From positions 3,782,001 to 3,846,000 of the forward strand of contig NW_026889753.1 of the NCBI RefSeq assembly GCF_033153115.1: a DNA stretch of 64,000 bases, read 5' to 3'. This DNA comes from Saccostrea echinata. Taxonomy: Eukaryota. The position numbers were made by a program, and so were the translations under genes. Below the pieces are notes generated by a model. The model made no database searches, was not told the DNA's origin, and saw nothing but the letters and a program-made list of their open reading frames with translations. Below, one piece after another: positions 51,999 to 63,532 of the stretch (position 1 is the stretch's first letter; each line of letters begins with the position of its first letter).

Positions 51999-52659
51999 CA
52001 GGTCCAGGAAAATTACTATATTTAGCTATATAGCTTAATTTACCTATATAGCTTTATTTACCTATATAATATAGCTTTATTTAGCTATTTTAGAATAAGT
52101 TTCTGTTTTATGAAAAGCAAACAAAAAGTCGAATGAAAATTATGGCTGATATTTTTTTAAAAAGGTTTGATAAAAACAACCTAGAGCATAGATAGTAAAA
52201 ACATTGCCTCATTTAAACACTTTTTAACCAAAAAATGCATCTCTATTGTTTGGATAGCTGTCCATTACTGGAAGTGCGATGAGGCATGACTAAGTGTAAT
52301 TGCCTTGCATTGTGCTGAATTATTACCAATCAATTATCTTGTTGACCAAAACTGCTTTTCTTTGTTAAAGTAGCTGCTTATTCACAGATTAACTGTTATA
52401 CATAGCCCCAAAACTTTTAGATCTTTGATTGTAATTGCACAAAAGGAGAAACATTATTAAAAGTGGGTTTTTGGTGAATTGTTTTCAGTCCATTTCAAAG
52501 TTGAAAACTAATACTGCCTCATTATGCGACTTTTTGTCTGCTTTTCATAAAACAGAAATTTACTCTGAAATAGCTAAATAAAGCTATATTATATAGGTAA
52601 ATAAAGCTATATAGGTAGATTTAGCTATTTAGCTAAATATAGTGATTTTCCTAGACCTG
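51999..52659. mobile_element. Long-TIR MITE with 5-bp TSD (hAT5-like)
   Basis: caggtccaggaaaat / attttcctagacctg; TSD gtgaa; arms complementary over more than 100 bp. Confidence 0.85.
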
Positions 52660-53809
52660 GTGAAAATGATAGAAAGTAATCATTTTTTGGCCAAAAAATT
52701 TTGTTGTATTCTGCATGTATCAAGAAATTTGGTACTAACCATCCTGTGCCGTTCCCGCGTTTAGGCATGAAATGCAAGTAAAGCAAAAAGTAGGTAAAAA
52801 TAGCTACCTGGAGTAGGTTTAATCACCTAGGTAGCTATAATTAGCTACGTAAGTAGAAAGTCTTTAGACTTGACCTGGCTACATCATGCGGGCCAGTTGA
52901 CAGGTTGATTTATGAGATTGATCACTGTTCGTTATCTTTACCTTTTAAATGATTCTTAATTCAAAATGTTAAGAACCTTTCTTAATATATCATCTTACTA
53001 CCTTATTTACAGACAATTTCCAAAATTAGAGGGGGAAAACCCTGAAAACTGAAAAGGCATCAAACAGGAGACCAAACCAGGCTTCACAAGTTTTAGTAAA
53101 TCGTTCTATTAATTGTCGTTCGAACGATTTACATCACAATTTATATGTAGAAGCTGTTTTTCTAAAGCACTCAAAGTAATGAAGTATGCATCGAAAAAAT
53201 ATTGGAAGTGACTGCTTCAGTTTAATTGTTTTCTTTAAATGGTTTAGAATATCTGGATGATTGAATGCTGGTTATCATATGTACGAGTTATCAAAGAGGA
53301 AAAGGCGATTAACCCAAAAGGTCCCCATTATAACAACAAGTGAACAACTTAACAAAGACTATCCCATTAGATAAATATTTTGCACTTCTTTAAGCATGTC
53401 AGACAAATTTTAATCACTCTTCATCAGTGACATGCTTCTGTCTTATCTATCCATTTAAAATAATAATTTGCATCGACTGTGATGACATATGGCCAAAGCA
53501 AAACAGCCGGCCACTTTATTGCCACAGGCTGCAGAAAATTATATAATTCTAATTAACCTAATTAGGTTTGGAGAAATGATTACCAATACATGATAAGATG
53601 ACATTCATTTCAAAAGAGGCAGGATATTGGCTCACCATAGGAATGCATAGGAAAAAAAATCGTTAAAAACCTTCTCCTCAGGAACATCTGGGTCAAAAGA
53701 GTTCAAACTTAGGTGAAAGCTTAATTTTATAGTATTGTTTCAAGTTTGTACAAATCATGACCCCCGGGTACTTATAGGGTGGAGCCACAATGGATTAACA
53801 TAGGAATTG

Positions 53810-55290
53810 ATACTTCATCCCCCATCGAAACATTTTTACATCTTTTTGATCATATGATAAAGCCGATTGCATTATATGGCTGTGAAATATGGAGAACCCT
53901 TACATCGCATATACAGGAAAAGTACGAACATTTATGGTATTTTTAAAAAGTGGTAGGAAAAAACCATTTATATGATATTTTTAAAGAGTGGTAGGAAAAA
54001 CCCTTAAATATTTTGTAAATATCGATTGGAAGCTGCGAAAAATGTACAAATATTACAATAATTTCTGAATTGGGAATATACCCTATGTATTTCTCAATTC
54101 AAAACATATATATCTTATTATACTGGCATCGGTTGGAATCAAGTCCAGAATCCCCCTGTTACATAATGCATATACAGAAAATACTAACCTTAGTCTAGGC
54201 AATGTTAACTGTTGCTACAAAAATGTAATTTATCTCAGTAAGAAAATTAACATTTCATTATCAGAATGTAAAAAAAAAACAAAAAAACCCCCCAAAAAAC
54301 ACACACACAATCTGATTAAAATCAGCTGTTTGGATACGTTTACTACGTACTACACCACAAACTTGTGACGTAATACGTAGTGAACGTTGCCAAACAAACA
54401 GCTAATTTTAATCAGATTGAAAAATACAAAAGCACATTAAAAAAAAAAACAAGTTAAAAATATTTGAAAAAAAACAACATTTTCTACAATGTTAAACAAT
54501 GAAACGTAAAGAAGGACTTAAATCAGGAAAACTTGAAACTACTTATTTTATGTCTAAAGAAAATCTTACAATGACAGGTTCTCCATCATTTGAAATTTTA
54601 CTGTGTTGCGGACTTTACGTGAAACGCGAACCACTAATATTCGCGGTATTTTCGCGATCAAATTCGCAACTGAACCACTATTCATTATAATTGCAAAAGC
54701 ATGTACGTGTGTACATACACGGCAACTCTTTTGAATCGCCAATTCGGTACACAAATGGTATGGTCGTACATATTAATAAAAAAATAAATTAATGAAATGG
54801 ATATTTAAAACAATTATTTTTTTTTCCATATAATAATGTACATACAATGTAATATAAGACAAACAAGCTTTCCATTATGGAAAACTATATGTATATCCAA
54901 CTCATGAAATAAAAATATCTATATATATAGATTTAGAATAAGTGACCATGAATTAAGAATTGAAAAAGGTAGATATGAATCTGTGAAAAATAATACTGGT
55001 CAAAGAATTCCTTTAGAGAGAAACAAAAGTTCTAGATACATATTTGTATACTGGTATATATTGTTAATACAGGTTTATGATCACTTGTCAATTGCAATTT
55101 GATAACCCCAACTGCTGCACGTACAGTTACTTGTATGGACTTGTATGAATTATATCATATTATGATATATATGCATGTATATGTGTGTGTGTCTATGTAA
55201 CCTTTCATTCAGAACTTTCTATCTTATAGTTGTAAAAAGCTTGTATGCCTTCTGGGCCCAAAATTCGAAAATAAAATTATCTTATCTTAT
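53810..55290 (+). mobile_element. Decayed CR1/L2-group LINE 3' fragment lying within a Helentron-type remnant
   Basis: LHLFDHMIKPIALYGCEIW and ELGIYP motifs; tail aataaaattatcttatcttat; Helentron-like ends at ~53560-53790 and 55291-55335. Confidence 0.65.
54308..54419. mobile_element. ~112-bp palindromic mini-element
   Basis: caatctgattaaaatcagctgtttg / caaacagctaattttaatcagattg, with inner arms also pairing. Confidence 0.8.
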
Positions 55291-56645
55291 AGGGAAAAAA
55301 AGACCACTAGGGCCATACTGACTCAGGTGAGCGTTGTGGCTCATGAGCCTCTTGTCTTTTAACATTTGTACATGTAATTTTATTATTTCTCCATTTATCC
55401 TATAACTTTTTCATTAATTTCATGAATGATAAGGAAAAATTGTCTAAATATGTTCACAGTATGAATTCTGTGCGTTTCTACTTTCTATGCACAAAAATGT
55501 CTTAATATAAATTGTCAATCTACATATCCCTACTTTTTTAAAATTTGTTTCCGTGAATTCTTAGCATTCAATATTGACATCATACTCTCAATATATCGTG
55601 TGTTGGGACGTTGAAAAATATCATCAGAACAGAGAAACAAGAAATAAAAACAACAAAAATTACACAGATACGTTCAAAGATTTGCTTCAAATTCGACAAA
55701 TTAATAAATTAAATCTTCCGTTTTTCTTTTTATTTTCTCGTGACCTTTCCCAAGTATGGAAATAAGGTATCAATAATTAAGGAAAATTCAATTCATCTCA
55801 GGAAATTGCCCTTAATTTATTTTAAGTGGTTCCCTCATGTACAAGTATTGAAATGAGGAAAACTCTATGAACTGAACCATATTTAGAAATACGCATTGCC
55901 ATCAATTTAATAAACTCCACAAAATCTGTATATACTTTAATATGCTGATGATCGTTTTCTTATAGTAATTTGTTGATAATCCATATAGCCTGTGGGGAAA
56001 ACCTTACAACTGGATCAGCAAATGAACATTGGCTTTGCCAAAGCCAGGTACGAATAATTCCTTTCTTTTAAAGTGTGAACTGATATGCAGCATACAGCAA
56101 AGCTTTTTGGCATACACATGCACAAGCATCCTGAAAGTTCAAACATACGGAAAATCTTGGCCAAATTCATGGCTCTATCAACTTTATGGATGTACGGAAC
56201 CGGTGAGAATCCCTTTCTGGATCTTGTACAAAAAATTCTCAATTGTTCAGCCAATTAGCAGAATTTTTACTGTTATTATACAAACAGTTATATTGATCTT
56301 GTATCACCACGAATATCAAACCATTACATATTTCCTGTATTTATAAATATTTTCTAGTTTCGTTTTTAAATAAGGAAGTCATTGTCTGATCATGCAACGG
56401 CCCGGAGTTCACATGTAGCTCTCTTACAAAATGGCAGATAACCACACACTTTGGACGAGGTTTGCAAAAGAAAGAAATGAACAAAGTAAAAATTTCATCC
56501 TAGCAGACCACCGTCGTATGTGATGTTAGCAAACTACAACAGAAATTGTGTGTCAAAGCATCATCATATGTTTTTTAATTTAAATAATTTTTTAATTGAA
56601 ATTTGTATTCATTGATGTGAAGACCAGGGCAAAATATAGAGAAAA

Positions 56646-58052
56646 ATGGTGGATAATTATGAATACGATCTCTTCATAGTTCATAGTTCTGAAAACTCCA
56701 CCAAAGCTAGAGATTTGATGATGGACCTTGAAAACAGATTTAAAGTGAAGTGTTGTTTTGCAGATCGGGAATTCCTTCCAGGAACTGAAATTATAGAAAA
56801 CGTAACAAATTTCATGGACAAGTCGGATAAAATTCTGGTGCTGCTCAGTCCAGCTTCTGTAAGCAGTGGATGGTGTTTGCTGGAATTACAAGAAGCCTTT
56901 AGAAAGAATGTCCAGGAGAAAAGGAATTGCATTATTCCAGTTATGCTTGAAGATGCGGAGGTACCAAAACTATTACGGAACATGACATATATAGATTTTC
57001 AAAAGGAAGCAGATCCCGCCGAAAAAATACACAGAGCATTTCGACAAGAATTTCCAATCATTCCATTTGACATCTCATTAACTGAAGACGAAGATTTCAC
57101 CGATTTGGAAGACAGTCTAGAACTTATGAAAGAGGAAACACATGTAGCAACCCTTCAAGAGTATTTTGATGAAGCATTAAGTAAAAAAGATTTAAAACTT
57201 TGCCAGTGTATTTTGGAGAATGGTCATACTCGACTGAGTTTAAATAACATTTTTAACTTTTGTACAGATTTATCTAAAGAACAATATAACCAGGAATTAG
57301 TGGAGATGGTGTTCCAGAAACATGAACGTGGTCTTTCAATGGCTGATTATAAGAACGCTTACCGTGCCGCCTGTTGGAGAGACATTGGGTGTCTAGTCGC
57401 TGAATTCAACAAACTGGGTTGCCAGGAACTTCTGAATGTTTCTTTCGTATGTGACCTAATTTCAAATATGAAACTCCTCACCTCTGCAGAGGAGAATTTC
57501 ACGCTCTCCAACATTCTGAAAGGCACAAAATGGGCATTCGGAGACCTAAAGCTATTTATAGACGAAGCAATTTCTACAAAAAACCAGAAGATACTTGAAA
57601 TTTTGCTTTCACTCATTCCCATTTTACCTTTCAAACAGTTTTCCCAGTTGATATTAATTTTAGATGAAGAAACTTGTACTGAGGTATTTGACAGAGAAAA
57701 GTACGCAAACCAAAACAGTTTACAAGAAGCTTTATTCCAAGCGTGTATCAAAGACATGAAAAGTTTAATGAAAGAAATATTAAAGCAAGGAGTACAGCTG
57801 CAACCAGATTTCCTCAACAAAGATTTCAGCTTTGGGATAGTCGAAATTTTAATTCTAGACTATCAATGGACTTTAAGCGAACTACAAGAAATGGAGAAAT
57901 TTTTGACGCGGCCAAAATGTAGAAGATTGCTCCGAACTGAGATCAAGAAACTTTTGAATACCCCCACTGACAAATGTACAGTTTTGTATGAAAGAAATGC
58001 AAGTACATGTTTTAAGGAAAATTTTCGCAATAAAAGATCCGATTTATCCTGA
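56646..58052 (+). CDS. Intronless TIR-domain protein with acidic linker and degenerate ankyrin-like helical repeats, paralog 1 (468 aa)
   Basis: YDLFIVHS, DREFLPG, ILVLLSP, SGWCLLEL, IIPVML, YIDF TIR motifs; no TM or signal peptide. Confidence 0.92.
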   Translation: MVDNYEYDLFIVHSSENSTKARDLMMDLENRFKVKCCFADREFLPGTEIIENVTNFMDKSDKILVLLSPASVSSGWCLLELQEAFRKNVQEKRNCIIPVMLEDAEVPKLLRNMTYIDFQKEADPAEKIHRAFRQEFPIIPFDISLTEDEDFTDLEDSLELMKEETHVATLQEYFDEALSKKDLKLCQCILENGHTRLSLNNIFNFCTDLSKEQYNQELVEMVFQKHERGLSMADYKNAYRAACWRDIGCLVAEFNKLGCQELLNVSFVCDLISNMKLLTSAEENFTLSNILKGTKWAFGDLKLFIDEAISTKNQKILEILLSLIPILPFKQFSQLILILDEETCTEVFDREKYANQNSLQEALFQACIKDMKSLMKEILKQGVQLQPDFLNKDFSFGIVEILILDYQWTLSELQEMEKFLTRPKCRRLLRTEIKKLLNTPTDKCTVLYERNASTCFKENFRNKRSDLS

Positions 58053-58798
58053 TTATGACTACTAGTATATGGTAGAGAGAACGTCAAAGTAGGCAAAGCC
58101 ATTAACAGATCACAATAGTAGTGGTATGGTTTAGATATGGAATCTTGGCCGTCCATCCGATAACTGATGATTGAAAACGTCAAACTTTGCGGTGTATGAT
58201 TAAACTATATATGAAATCAAGACTTGGCAAAAATACACATTATCAACATCAATTCAATGAAATCCAGTTCAAAAATGTAAATAAAAAAGTAGTAAATAAA
58301 AAAATCCAGATGAAAAATAAATAACTGACCAGTTTGTGTAAATTGTTTGTTACATGTAGGTCACCTTAGTTAATCTGAGGTAATCTATTGCTATCTGTCT
58401 GTGTCCGTCGTAACAATTAATCTTAACTAATTTCTACCAATTTTGGTTATTAGCATAAATTGGTAAAGGGGAACACAAATAAAGATTTTCATGGTCTCTG
58501 CCTCCATGTGTCCCGAGGGTAGTGGCCAAAACCATAAAACTTTATGCAATCTTAAAACCTTTTTTCCCTGGACATCAGGCAGTCGAACTGTTGGTTATTA
58601 TATTAAACTATGAAACGCCTACGACAATTGTGAAATTCGCGGCCCATGGGTAAAGGGTTCAAGCTCCAGGGTGGGGCATCGTTTGTCATATATTGAAAAT
58701 GCATTATACTTGTATCTTATAAAGTCTTCTTTAATCATGGACATATAGCAGGTACGAAAGCCTATTAGGATCAATCTATGGAGAAATTTTTTTTTAAA

Positions 58799-59088
58799 TA
58801 GGCGTAATAACGCCTTTCAAAAAGGCTTAATAACGCGAAAAAAGGCATTATTACGAATGTTCAAAAGGCGTTATTACGCCTTTCAAAAAGGCTCTATTAC
58901 GCCTTTTCAAAAGTTGTTATTACGCCTTTCAAAAAGGCGTTATTACGCCTTCTCAAAAGGTGTTATTACGCCTTACAAAAGACGTTATTACGTATTTTCA
59001 AAAGGTGTTATTAAGCCTTTCCAAGAGGCGGTATTGCGTCTTTCTAAAAGGCTTTATTACGCCTTTTCAAAAGGCGTTATTGCGCCTT
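58799..59088. repeat. Tandem array of ~21-22-bp self-complementary units (aaaaggcgttattacgcctttc), about 13 copies
   Basis: Direct reading; no spacers. Confidence 0.9.
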
Positions 59089-59520
59089 ATATTTTTAATA
59101 CATGGCTAACTTAGCCCACCCTGGGGGCTGAAATCTTACTTTTGGAACATGGATTTCACAAATATAGAGCTAATTTCTCAAAAAAATAATTTAAACAAAT
59201 TTTAAGTAGATTTCCAGGAAAAGATTTTGAAATGTGTAATATATTTTCAATGTTATACCTGATGCCAGACACCTCTACCAAGGGTCATGGATTTCACAAA
59301 TTTAGTTGAAAGCTAATTGCCATTATACCCATGCAAATAGTTTGCCTGCTTTTTTCCAAGAGGAGAGAAAAATATTTTCAAATTTGACATGGATTTTTAA
59401 TTACATGGCCAGCAAAGCCCCAAGCTGCATCTGCCTATATCCTGGATTTTCACAAGTAGAGTGTTGACTTTTCTTAGTACGCATGCAAACAGTTGTCTGC
59501 GAGATGTGCAGGAATATAGA

Positions 59521-59818
59521 TTATGATTGTTTGTTGTTAAAGTCCCTCTCGAGAATTTTTCACTCATATGGAGACGCCATCATTTGCCGGTGGAGGGCTA
59601 CGAATTTTGACCTATACTCGGCACTCAGGGCCATTGAGCAGTGAGGGATCTTTTTCGTGCCAGCACCTACTGCGAAACGGGACCTCGGTTTATACGGTCT
59701 CACCCGAAGGACCGGTCTCCACGTCCCGCAGTGGGGTTTCTAACCCGCGACGTAAGGATAAACTCCTTACTACGCGACTCTAGAGCAGACGCTCTAACCA
59801 CTGCGCCACGCGGGCCAC
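59521..59818 (-). mobile_element. Full-length tRNA-derived SINE, same family as 39433-39732
   Basis: Reverse-complement homology; 12-bp TSD caggaatataga. Confidence 0.92.
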
Positions 59819-60048
59819 CAGGAATATAGAAAATACTTTTAAATATTGCATAAATTATGATGGCTTTGATTCAATCTTTCATATATTTATTAATATAAAA
59901 TAACGACTTTCCTTTTCTGGATATAACGGCTTTTCAAACATGCCCCCCCCCCCCCACTTTTTGGAGAATAGTCTTGCCATCGTTTAAATATAAAAATTCA
60001 TTTATTGACTGTTTGTTCCTGAACATTGTGTTGCAGTAAAGTAAAACT

Positions 60049-60120
60049 CATCGTCGCAATTCTATTTCCACAAACGTTGTGGAAATAGAATGGACACAAA
60101 ACCCGTGGCTTGCGACGATG
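60049..60120. mobile_element. 72-bp mini-transposon with 9-bp TSD
   Basis: catcgtcgcaa / ttgcgacgatg TIRs; agtaaaact duplicated; internal 15-bp-stem hairpin. Confidence 0.85.
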
Positions 60121-60280
60121 AGTAAAACTCTGGCAAATAATTGCATTTAAAGAAAGTTATAGCGAAAAGTTAGAAAAAAGATCCCCCTCGAGTTTAGGCA
60201 GTTTTGTTTTTATTGGGGGGGGGGGTGTTTCTTGTTTTTTTTACTTATAATTGCTTGTCATTTTTTAGCACAGGCCTGTT

Positions 60281-60382
60281 AAAGGCATAATAATGGCTCT
60301 TCAATCGGCATAATAACGCCTTTTAGAAAGGCGTTATAAAGCCTTTTGAAAAGGTGTTATAACGCCTTTTGGAAAGGCGTAA
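60281..60382. repeat. Second short array of the 21-22-bp unit
   Basis: ggcataataacgcctttt-type units, mostly in the opposite orientation to 58860-59088. Confidence 0.8.
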
Positions 60383-60566
60383 TTTAGAGAGATAAACTGT
60401 TGTTTGTGATTCTGTCATTTGAACTCTAATAAACCGAATAATATTGTTTCAGAAGATGCAACACACAAAAAAAGTTTTATTGCACCATGGCTAGACATAA
60501 TACCGGAACACACACATGTGTCATCGTCAGCAATGTCAATGATTTTATTTTTAGATTGTACTTTAA

Positions 60567-61611
60567 AGAAACTGGGGGGATAAGCCGAGCCATATGCCTA
60601 CATAACGATCGATAAAAAATCAATAAATTCATTTTACAAAAATTTCACTTTTTGTTGAATTAATGTAATGCTTATTACCATTTGCATATAAATTTGACAA
60701 AACCTGAATACTGTAACAGCGAAAATGATTCTGATTAACACAACAAAATGGCATCACGCTCAATTTTCACAGAAACTGACATAAATTGGATGATATAACT
60801 ACATTTTTTAAATAGAGTGGGTCATCGTACCATTTTTTTGAGAACGATTAATGAAAGGCAATGGAAAGATGTTGCTTTTTACACTTGCAAAAATTTGGTT
60901 TGAAGACCCACTTTACATAAAAAATTAAGTTAACTTACTTAAATTTTCACCGTGGTCTTAAAAAATTCTAAGTCCAAAAACGCTTGCTAAATATAGAGAA
61001 CTGTATGCTATTTAAATGGAAATGTTAGTGTGACTCCGTGGTCTAGTGGTTAGCGATGAGCTCTTTAAAGGGACGTTTATTGAGGAAAGTGTTCGAGTCA
61101 TGCTCTGATTTTTTTTTTTGAATTTTTTAGTTTTAATTTTGTTTTACTTTATAAAAAATGTCTATAGGAATAACATATTTTTCACTGAAAATAAAATATA
61201 TATATGTAATAATGAACTTATTTACAGTAAATTATTTAAAATGCCGGATAAAAATTATAATAGATATTTGAATACTTTTATTCCCGTTTTATTTATTTTA
61301 AATAAAAGCGCTTCTAGATCACCATTATCATTATATACGACGTTAACATTTTTATAATATCTCCACAATAAGTGTAAACACTCAATATGCAGATTAATTA
61401 ATAGAAGTCCTTACCCATGTTAGACATTTGTGACAGTAAATGAAAGTCAACTGTTTAGCTTGTTTAGAATATAAATATCATTTTGAAAACTACGGTAAAC
61501 ATTAAAATGCTCAAGTAAATTCGAACAATTGAGAGATTTTTTCCAATAAATGTTCTTGCATAGCCGAAAAATGGGCATGGGCACATGGCTCGTCTTATCC
61601 CCCCAGATTCT
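60567..61611. mobile_element. TTAA-site non-autonomous DNA transposon (Kolobok-like AG termini) containing a tRNA-like Pol III remnant
   Basis: ttaa|agaaactggggggataagccgagccatatgcc ... ggcacatggctcgtcttatccccccagattct|ttac; A box tggtctagtgg and B box gttcgagtc at ~61038-61099. Confidence 0.82.
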
Positions 61612-61848
61612 TTACTTGGGACTTCTTTTTATTTGGCTATCGAAGCTTGTGATGCGTCAGTACGTGACATCGACAAGCATTATAATTGTTTTCTATTCTC
61701 GTCCAGAACCAAGGAAATAATTAAGGATGCAATACGAGTACCCCGTCATAATTTATGTAGACAAGTTAAGTATATAATACAGTATATAAACATATGCCGG
61801 CGTGAGTTCATTGATTCTTTCTCTGTGGTGAAAACGAAATTGAGAATA

Positions 61849-63258
61849 ATGGCGGATAAAGCATACGAGTACGATCTCTTCATAATTCACAGCTCTGAAA
61901 ACTCCGCCAAAGCTACAGAGTTAATGATGGACCTTGAAAACAGATTTAAAGTGAAGTGTTGCTTTGCAGATCGGGAATTCCTTCCAGGAACTGAAATTAT
62001 AGAAAACATATCAAATTTCATGGACAAGTCGGATAAAATTCTGGTGTTGCTCAGTCCAGCTTCTGTAAGCAGTGGATGGTGTTGGCAGGAATTACAAGAA
62101 GCCTTTAGAAAGAATGTCCAGGAGAGAAGGAATTGTATTATTCCAGTTATGCTGGAAGATACGGAGGTACCAAAACTATTACGGAACATGACATACATAG
62201 ATTTTCAAAAGGAAGCAGATCTCGCCGAAAAAATCTACAAAACTTTCACAAAGCTAGGAAGTGAAAAAGCATTTATCTCGGATGATGAGAGTTTATCAGA
62301 TCCAAGAGGATACCTTGAGGAGGTTGTATGTGCATATGACGACGATTTTAGCGATAGTGAAGAGCGCTTAGAATTTTTGAAAGAGGAAGCAAATATATCA
62401 ACACTTCAAAATTATTTTGACGAGGCTGCAAGAAAAACAGATTTAGAACTTTGCCAATGCATCTTAGAGAACAATCATACGGCTCTAAGTTCCAAAAATA
62501 TTTTCAACTTTTGTGTGCATTTTCCTAAAGAGCAACTTAACCAGGAGTTGGCCAATGCAGTATTTCAAAAACGCGAGGGTGCTCTTTCTTTCACCGATTT
62601 TAAGAACTCGTATCTTGTAGCTTGTTCAAGAGATATTCCATGTCTAGTGACCGAATTTAACAAGTTGGGATGTAAGAAACTTATAAATGCCTCATTTGTT
62701 GGCAACATAATACCAGGAATTCCTGACAATTCCACAGTGGAGAACGAGACATTAACGAATATACTAAAAGAAATGAAGTGGAATGATGAAGATGTATTGT
62801 CTTTTCTAGAGGTAGCCATTCAGTCAAGAAAATCAGCAGTCATAAAAGTATTGCTTTCACTCATTTCCACGATTCCATTCCAGACCTTTTACCAACTGAT
62901 TTTTGTATCAGATGAAGAAACTTGCACTGAGGTACTACATATAGGAGAGTACAAAGAGGAAAAGGGTTTGAGAGATGTCTTGTTTAGAGCATGCTTGATG
63001 GACATGAAAATTTTAGTAAAGGAAATTTTAAGGCAAGGAGTGAAGCTTCAACCAAATTTTCTTGACAGAGATTTTAATTTTGGTATAGTGGAAATTTTAA
63101 TCCAGGAATATTCATGGAATTTAGAGGAACTACGAGAAATTGAAAAATTTTTAATGTGGCCGAAATGCAGAAGATTGCTTCAAAAAGAAATCCAAATTAA
63201 ATTAAATGCCCCTACTGATAAATGTTCAGTTCTGTATGATAGAAATGCATGTATTTAG
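61849..63258 (+). CDS. Intronless TIR-domain protein with ankyrin-like repeats, paralog 2 (469 aa from MADKAY)
   Basis: Collinear with paralog 1; SGWCWQEL; ATG 61849 aligns with the paralog 1 start. Confidence 0.92.
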   Translation: MADKAYEYDLFIIHSSENSAKATELMMDLENRFKVKCCFADREFLPGTEIIENISNFMDKSDKILVLLSPASVSSGWCWQELQEAFRKNVQERRNCIIPVMLEDTEVPKLLRNMTYIDFQKEADLAEKIYKTFTKLGSEKAFISDDESLSDPRGYLEEVVCAYDDDFSDSEERLEFLKEEANISTLQNYFDEAARKTDLELCQCILENNHTALSSKNIFNFCVHFPKEQLNQELANAVFQKREGALSFTDFKNSYLVACSRDIPCLVTEFNKLGCKKLINASFVGNIIPGIPDNSTVENETLTNILKEMKWNDEDVLSFLEVAIQSRKSAVIKVLLSLISTIPFQTFYQLIFVSDEETCTEVLHIGEYKEEKGLRDVLFRACLMDMKILVKEILRQGVKLQPNFLDRDFNFGIVEILIQEYSWNLEELREIEKFLMWPKCRRLLQKEIQIKLNAPTDKCSVLYDRNACI

Positions 63259-63532
63259 TAAAGGTTAGCAAAATAATTTAGATCTGATTTTTCCTGATGA
63301 TGACTACTAGCATATGGTAGAGAGACTGTTAAAAGTAGGTAAAACCATGGAACCAGAGAAGTGATAAAGTTCAGAGGTGGAATAAGGGGCAGGAATCGCC
63401 ATAGAAATTTAAAGCTAGAAGGACTGCATTGTTACTTGTGACCAATATCTACAATAGGGTCCGCCAACAGCTTATCTCCCCCTCGCGCCGCTAGAGGCGC
63501 TGTTGTAATATGAGGTATTCGAGATAAACAAC

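Noticed and set aside
52740-56646. Shared bidirectional promoter for DAXX and the TIR genes
   Set aside because: About 4 kb apart, separated by LINE and Helentron debris; neither TSS is known
56681-57820. Antisense ORFs over the TIR, receptor and DAXX coding regions
   Set aside because: Shadow frames of real CDSs with no recognisable motifs
58799-59088. CRISPR-like palindromic repeats and the 85-aa ORF 58857-59114
   Set aside because: Units are contiguous with no spacers; the ORF is just the translated minisatellite
61585-61848. 88-aa N-terminal extension as the default start of TIR paralog 2
   Set aside because: Starts inside a transposon TIR and has no counterpart in paralog 1; kept only as a hypothesis
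63487-63502. CTCF-like motif gccgctagaggcgctg
   Set aside because: One G short of the consensus core spacing, and probably within a transposon end
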